DNA from: Adineta vaga
Taxonomy: Eukaryota > Animalia > Rotifera
Reading direction: 5' to 3'
Assembly: GCA_021613535.1 (NCBI GenBank)
Contig: CP075497.1
Span: 6,386,001-6,450,000, forward strand
Length of the DNA stretch: 64,000 nucleotides
Shown: piece after piece, positions 56,501 through 64,000 of the stretch
How positions within the stretch are numbered: the stretch's first letter is position 1
Layout: each line of letters starts with the position of its first letter
Notes under the pieces: model-generated
The model's database searches: none
The model's input: the letters and a program-made list of their open reading frames with translations, nothing else
What the model was told of the DNA's origin: nothing
Translations under genes and position numbers: made by a program

Positions 56501-56654
56501 TCAATATTGCGCTCGGCAGAATTCGCCCGAGAGCGTGCAATCGCGCACGTATTCGGTCTAAAAATAGTGAACATCAAATATCTTTCATTCAATAATCAAA
56601 TCGAAATCTTACCGCTTGGTTAGGCGTATATTCACCGGCAACAGTTGTCCTCAT
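56501..56654 (-). promoter_or_regulatory. Spliced upstream ORF (32 aa) in the PRL 5' leader
   Basis: ATG at 56654 gives 14 codons to 56613. A 55-nt GTAAG...TTTTTAG intron spans 56612-56558, then 18 codons and TGA at 56503-56501. Peptide: MRTTVAGEYTPNQATEYVRDCTLSGEFCRAQY. Confidence 0.7.
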
Positions 56655-59006
56655 CGAATAATAGCAAAACGTGATCGTCGAAACTTCCAAACAGAAGCTG
56701 GACAAAATAAATATAATCTAGAAAATAATATTATACTTTATGAATGTTTCACAAGTAAAGAATATGAGAAGTGAGAGAGAAAAAACGAAACATTTCTAAT
56801 GCTTGTGCACACCCACATATACGTATATATATATATGTATGTGCGCTTCAAGGCTTGAATACATGTCCGCACATCTACATACATATATTCTTTGAAAAGA
56901 AGAGAAAAAAATCACAAACATTTCGACGACGATGATTACAATAAGAAGAAAAAAAGAAAGCAACGAAATAGAATCAATCGTTTTGGGTATATATAGACTA
57001 TTTCGAAAGCGATGGAAAAGAGAAAACATGTTATTAAAAAATGACGTCATATTAAACTTTAGACGAGATTTCGGATGATGGCACGAGTTATCGGAGTTAT
57101 ATAAAATATTTTTTATGATGATGCAAACGAGATTTTATTATTAATTATGTTAGTAAAATAAACGAGAGAAAAGAAAGGTTAGCAGTCGTCAATAAAAGAT
57201 TATTATTCTTATCGGTTCGATACAGATGCGACAAGCAAATCAAATCGAAGGCTTAGATTCTTTCATTTTTTTTTTGGAGTGTATATATATATATATCTTC
57301 GAGTGCACACGACTACTCTATGTTAAGCGAAAGAAAAAGAAAAAGAGACAAAAAAGAACGCTACAGCTATTACTCTCATATCAGTAACAAATCCAGAAAG
57401 AACATATAGAGAATCTATAGAGAGCTATTTTCTTCGTAAAAGTGCGTGAGATGTCAAAGAACAAATCATAAGAGACACAAAGGTCTTTAAGACAAATTCG
57501 AGTATGGAATGATCATTTGCTGTTCTCATCAAAACAGATGAGAAAAACTTGATGACACGTTTAACGTCACTGTCAAAATTAATTGATCGATTCAGAAAGA
57601 AAAGACATACGCAATAAACACATAAATAAATGATTGGAAATATCTACATATTACCTTTCAATAAAATACAAAAAGAAAAACAAACTTTTACTAGACTTGT
57701 ATTTATAGCAACCATAGTAACTACGTCGTTCGGTAATGTTGAAATAACGTAACAATAAACATAATGAATCATTCAATAAAATTTCATTTACAAGAAAAAA
57801 AAGGAAACATGATGTCATGTTTTATCTCGCACGATTACATTTGTCATAAATCCCTCCCCAGATTAAAAGACTCCACAAAATAGAAGACTCCTTCCTGTCA
57901 CAAGACCCTTTTTAGATTTTTATACAGGGACATCATAGAAGACCACGGGGAGGGAGAAGTTATATAGAATTAAAACTAAACCTTCTAGTATTACTGATTT
58001 TTCATCGATGAAATAAATAAATATATAAAAAAAATCAAATGTCTATGTTTTCCATTCATTTAATTACATAAATAGTGCATAAGATTGTTACACTATTCTA
58101 TTCTATCTAAAAGCAATTAGATGCTTATTAATCATAATCTCTCTTATCTAATAATAAACTTTTTATTATTTAACGTAAGGTTATATTCAAAATGAAGATA
58201 AAGATCATATAATCATACTATATTGACAAAAGTCAACATCAAAAACATGCAAATGAATGAAAGATGTTTTCTAAGCTATTTTGTTAGATAAAAGATTGAT
58301 GTACGAAGAAATATATTATTAACGCCTCTTCTGTTAACCTCGGTTACCCATACTAATCATCAAAAAAATGATGATAAACACAATTTTCTATCTCACATAA
58401 AAAAACCTATAAATCAAAAACGATTCCTGTCGTACACAAACATCTGCATATATTTGAGAATAATTTCTGAATAGGAAATAAGAAAATCATATATTTCCGA
58501 TCAACAAAAAGAAACACACATACAAATGAAGTTTTCTAAGTTACCTATATTATTTGACGTAAACTAAACGTTTTTCATCAAGACTTTACCCATCATATGA
58601 TTTCCAGTAGATTAAATTAGAAAAAGAAAACAATTTTATGCGATAGAATAAACAAGAATTTCATTTCCGATTCAAGTCGCAAATGAATGAATGAACTTTT
58701 CAACAACAACAACGTGCTGATTGGATGAAATGGTTAGCAAATGAGAATAAATTGAAATATGAAATAAAGCGAAGAAATTGAAAACAGAAAAAGAAATTAA
58801 TTTCAAAAGATGATTTTTTGGATATTTTATTTGAAATTCCTATGGAAAATCGTTATTGATCCGTTAAATAATTTGTCATTGGTCGAAATTCGTGCTCTTT
58901 TTTGTTCTTTGTCAGCGAACGTCTTGCTCTTGCTCGAAGCGAAGAAAAGAAGAACGCGGGAATATGTTTTATGTATATTAATTATTTGTCTTAAACTGTC
59001 ATAGTT

Positions 59007-62000
59007 ATGGAAGAAATTCAAAAAACTCAAAATGATGAATCATCTTCATCCGAAGATTGGAGTAAAGAATAGTTTTTCTTAGAAAACAAGAACTATTTTT
59101 TGATTATTATTATTCTTTTCATTTAGCAATTACATTTTGTGTTATTGGAAAAGCTTGTTCCAATACTCGTTTACTTGCTTCACTTGAAGATCGCTATGCT
59201 TATGATTGTTTGACTGATGAAGATCATGTCCTTCGCACATTATCCGAAACGAAACAATTACTAACGAAACGTCAATTACGAATCTATGTTATTGAATCAT
59301 TTGATGAAAATCTATTTTATAGCTTGAAAGAGGATGAGAATATTTATATAATCAGTGCGGAACTAGTTTTAACATGTGCAGAAAAGAAAATAGTATAGTT
59401 TTATTTGATTAATTGATTGATTGAAAAGAAAAACGTTCGTTTCTTTTATAGGATATTCCAGTACCACGAAGAAATCGTCCATTGTATTCTCAACATTTGG
59501 TATCAGCAGTTATTTGTTTTGTTGGTGGTACTCGTCGTGAAATACATGTAAATCATTTTCTATCTTTACGTTCGTTCTAGAATATAAAATTGATTTTATT
59601 TTCTAGACAAAATTTAGTGACATTGTACATTATCTTGGTGGATCAGTTCGAAAAGATTATAGTGATCAAGTTACACATGTTGTATCATTTGCTAATCTAG
59701 GCGAAAAATATCTTGTAAGAATCATGATAATTTCAATTTAGAAATATCGTTTGATTTCATGTTCTTCTTATAGACAGCTTTTAATATGGAACGAAGTGAA
59801 ATTCTTACAGAAGATTGGTTATTAGAATGTTGGAAAGAAAAAGATAATCGAAATTTCGATGCATTAAACACAGATTTTATTCGAACATATCGAGCGAAAC
59901 CATTACATAATTTGAATCTCTTCTTTTTTGGTGCTGCAGATGACACAGAACGACGACATTTAAATACCCTGACAGTTGATAATGGTAAGATTTGAACTAT
60001 TTGTTTTTCAGTGGGAGTAGATTAAATTGGCCTGATGAAAGAAACGGATTTTCAATGACATTACCAGTCAGTCTTTGTCAAGATTTTGAAAGTTTTCTGC
60101 TAACTCAAATGATAATAACCAGATGTTTTTTTTTCAAAAAGTTTGTTCTTATCCAGAGAATCGTCTTATTTATAAAGAGAAGGTGAAAGGTACATGAATA
60201 GTGTTATTTCAGATAGTTTCTTCATCAAATAACATCATTTCAATCTATTTTACTTTCAGGTGGTTATACTACAAATGAAATATCTGATGCTACACATATT
60301 GTCTTTTGTAATGGAATGGATGCTAATACTTTTCTCTCAACTTATCCATCCTACAAACGAAAACATCGTCAACATATTGTTAATGTTCAAGTAAGCATTC
60401 AATTTTCTTTTTAATTTTAACATAAGAACTTTCTTTTCTAGTGGTTTTGGGAATGTTTATGTTTGATGGGTAAAGCAGATGAATCAAGTTACTCAATAAA
60501 ATTACCTGGTATGAATGAAACAACAACACCAGATTCTCCTCGATCTACATTGCTTTCTTTATCAACTTTATCACCTTTGTCAACTTCGATCAATGATTCC
60601 AATTATATGCAACAACATAATGCGACAGCATCAGTCAAACGAAAACGACGAAAAGAATCGAATACTACTACAGAAAATAATACAACACCAAATAATAAAC
60701 GTTTCAATAGTAATAATGAAAATGAAAGTGTTCTTGATGATGATATGTTAACAGAAAATTTCGATAAACAAAAAACACCGAATATAAAAAAAGATAATAG
60801 ATATTTGATTGGAATGGAAATTCGAGAAACAGAAAGAAATTATGTTACAATGTTATCAAATATTATTCGTGTAAGTAATAAGAAAGTACTAATTGATTTG
60901 ATTTCGATTTCTTTTTTACATTTTAGTTTTTCAAAACAGAAATGGAAAAGGATGACCGTCGAAATGGACCAATTTTAACAAAAGTTGAAAGTGCACAAAT
61001 CTTTGGTAATATTGAAGAAATCTATCATTTACATTTGACAATTGCTGAACAACTTGATCGAGCTCTCAATGAAGATGCTTGTATTGGTTCCGTCTTCTTA
61101 GCTAATGTAAGTTTATTGTTAGTTATTTAATTCAATATACTTACATCATTTAACGCAACGATTTGAGTTTATAATTCTAATCTTCCAGGTTGAATATTAG
61201 TATCAAAAGTATGAGTTCTTTTGAAAGTAATTACTTATTTTTATAGTTTTTCATCAAATCAATGTCAATAAGTTGAAGAAATCTTACAAATCTTCGAAGA
61301 TTATTTTGAATCTAAACAAATTTTGATTACATAGTAATTTGTATCATCTTTTAGGCAGCTGAACTTTTACGTGTTTATCAACCCTATACGAAATTCTATG
61401 ACAAAACAATTCAAGCAATTCATTCACTTGAAAAAAATAATTCACGTTTCTACGCTTATCTCAAAGTAATTCATACATCTATATGATCATTTTAAATTTG
61501 GTGTTTTTCTTCTTCTTCTTCTTCTCTAATGAATAGATTTGTGAACATAAATCAGAATTAGGCAAACAACATTTAGCTGATCTTATGATTCGACCTATTC
61601 AACGTTTACCAAGTGTTTTATTGCTTTTAGAACGTTTACTTAAATATACACCAAATACACATGCAGATCATCAACAATTAACTAATGCAATGGATAAATT
61701 ACGTGAAGTAGCTAAGAAATTAAATGAAGAACGAGGAAAAACAGAAAAACATCTTTCATTATTCAGTATTGTTAATAGTATTGACAATTGTCCAGTAAGT
61801 TATTACAATTTGTTTCTTTATCAGAAATTGATTTTCGAAATTCGTTTAGCCTGAATTACTTGCAGCACATCGAGATTATATACAAAAATTCAATCTAATG
61901 GAACTTTCACAAGAATTAACTGGCAAACGAACACATTTAACACTTTTCCTCTTCTCCGATTGTATCGAAGTAAATATAATTTAATCAGGAAATCTTACTT

Positions 62001-63089
62001 ACTTATTGATGGTGTAGAGAGCATCGTCATATCATACTTGCGTAGAATTCTTCTTCTTTTTTAAATCTAAGAATTTCTATTTAGATTACAAAATTACGTG
62101 TGAATACATGGAAAACACCAGGTGTTAAATCAACGAAATTGTACAAACATGTCGCTCTAATTCAACTTAGTGATATACGTAGTTTATTTGATATTGCAGC
62201 ATCATCATGTGATGGTAAATATACCAGAAACGAATTATATATACATATATCACTAATTCGTTGTTGTTTGTTTTTTCAGAAAATGAACAGTTCGGAATGC
62301 TCTGTTCAATTGATGGTCAAGCTCGTCAATTAATATTTCGTGTTGCTGATAATCATATGTCTATATCACGTTCACATTTAACCGATTCGATGACATCCTT
62401 AACATCTCTATCAACTGTTTCAAGTGTCAATCAAACAAGTAAAACAGAAGTTCTCCAACATTTAGCTAAAGCAATTGCCGAAGAACGATGTCTTCTTGAT
62501 AAAGTAAAAAAAAGAAACAAAACCCAAGAGAAATAGTTTTTAAATAAATGTATTCATTAACTTTTTAGACATCATTGATCGAAAATGTTGGACCAGAAAA
62601 TGGAGCATTTACACCTCTATCATCAATGGATTTTATGAGTGATAATGATACTCTATCGACACATTCAACAATGAGTGCAACAACAACTAGTGGATTAAAT
62701 TCTGTTGGAAGTGCATTACGAACGTATGAAAGTCAACTTTTGTGTTTTCTCCAATAGAAAAATCTTTGTTTTGTTGCTTTTAGTGGTTTATATAAAGCAA
62801 AAAATCGTCTAAGTCGAACATTTTCTTTCAGTCCAATTTCATCGAAAAATCGTCTGAAGAAAATGCTTACATCAAATAGTTCATTATTACAGTTAAATGA
62901 CAAAGATAATAATAATTTCAATACAATGAAACGTTTAAGTGTACCATCTCGACAAGATTCATTTACGAGTGAACGTAATTTTCCTCAATCACCGTCGAGA
63001 TTTATGCATTCAATACAAGAATGTAAGTTCAAATAGACTTTGTTTTCTCGTACAAAACAACCGTATTCATCATTTCTATTTTAGATTGA
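59007..63089 (+). CDS. ECT2: ECT2/pebble Rho guanine nucleotide exchange factor, multi-exon
   Basis: BRCT repeats (RPLYSQHL, VHYLGGSVRKD, EDWLLECW, QWFWECL) and a DH domain (EIRETERNYV, IFGNIEEIY, LMIRPIQRLPS..LLL). Also CPPELLAAHR, a PH domain (LFLFSDCIE) and C-terminal RLSRTFSF. Confidence 0.93.
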
Positions 63090-64000
63090 TCTTTTGTCAT
63101 GAGATTTCTTTCATTTTCATATCAACATCTTTATTTCCTTTTGTCTAATCGAGTTTTTTTTTCTTCTTTCTTTTTATGTCTCTTTTGCTCTTCAAGAGCA
63201 TGTACAGGCTGTGTAAAAGAATAAATATACATAGATTTTACATTATTCAATTATAGGAAAAAGAAAACTGATAAAAAAGTCTGACGTCAACTCGTTTATG
63301 AAGCAGAATAAGTTTATATAATTAGTTCTTCCTTGATATTTTTAAAAATTTATAAGAAGAAAAGAAATGTCAAAACCAATAGTGTGTTCAAACGGAATCG
63401 GAAACGGAATTTGCTTTCAATAGAGAACAGTATTTGTTATTCTTTTTAATGTTCTCCAAAGAAATTTACTTCGATTTTATGAATATGTTGAAAAATAGAA
63501 AAAAAGGAAAAATGTTTAGAACAATTAACAAAAAAATAGAAAAACTTGACGGAACTATGCGATTGAGTTTTATCAATGTAATTTTCTCTAGATCACAATG
63601 AAATAAACAGTAACACATTGTCAAACTGTTTTCCATTTCCTGTCTACTTAATAGCTAAGCCTTGATATTTTTTTTCGAATTATCATTGATAGAAACAGGA
63701 TATGGTAAAGCTTCGCTGATTGCAAAATCCAATCTTTTATCGATAAAAAATATAGCTTAATAACTTGTCGAAAAAAAACAAAAGATATATCGACATTGTA
63801 TTGTTCTTCACATTGGAATCAGTTAAGTGGAAGACATCGTTAACGTTTCTTCTCTGATGTTGAAGTATTTTCAAGTTTATATCTTTACATTATCAAAATA
63901 AATGTTTGTTTCGAGTATTGAAAGCTAAATGATAATGATGACAGAGGAAGAGAGGAAAGGAAAGTCATTATGTTGTCACTATTCGATCGGTATTCTTTTC

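Noticed and set aside
1-64000. CRISPR arrays, tRNA/rRNA genes, autonomous transposons
   Set aside because: I saw no repeat-spacer arrays, cloverleafs, rRNA-like tracts or transposase/RT ORFs by eye.

Overview
AT-rich, gene-dense eukaryotic DNA with many ~50-70 nt GT-AG introns. Composition, intron size and gene style suggest a bdelloid rotifer (inference only). In order, the window holds: the 3' part of a Na+/Ca2+ exchanger; an innexin; a USP37-like deubiquitinase (-) with a fibrinogen-domain gene nested antisense in one intron; seipin, ending only 37 nt before the USP start; a signal-peptide-peptidase pseudogene; strawberry notch; a claudin-superfamily gene; a 7SL/SRP RNA gene with an atypical helix-8 loop; a DEG/ENaC channel; an intronless fungal-like fatty-acid hydroxylase with three evenly spaced AP-1-type sites; a complete ~23 kb ryanodine receptor; an intronless CYTH-like orphan; nicotinamidase; a PRL/PTP4A phosphatase; and ECT2. 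The most notable observations are a spliced 32-codon uORF in the PRL leader (candidate invertebrate counterpart of the Mg2+-sensing PRL uORF), active-site substitutions in that PRL, and a possible shared-leader or polycistronic SPP-relic/seipin/USP unit. All exon boundaries were read by eye and no database search was run.
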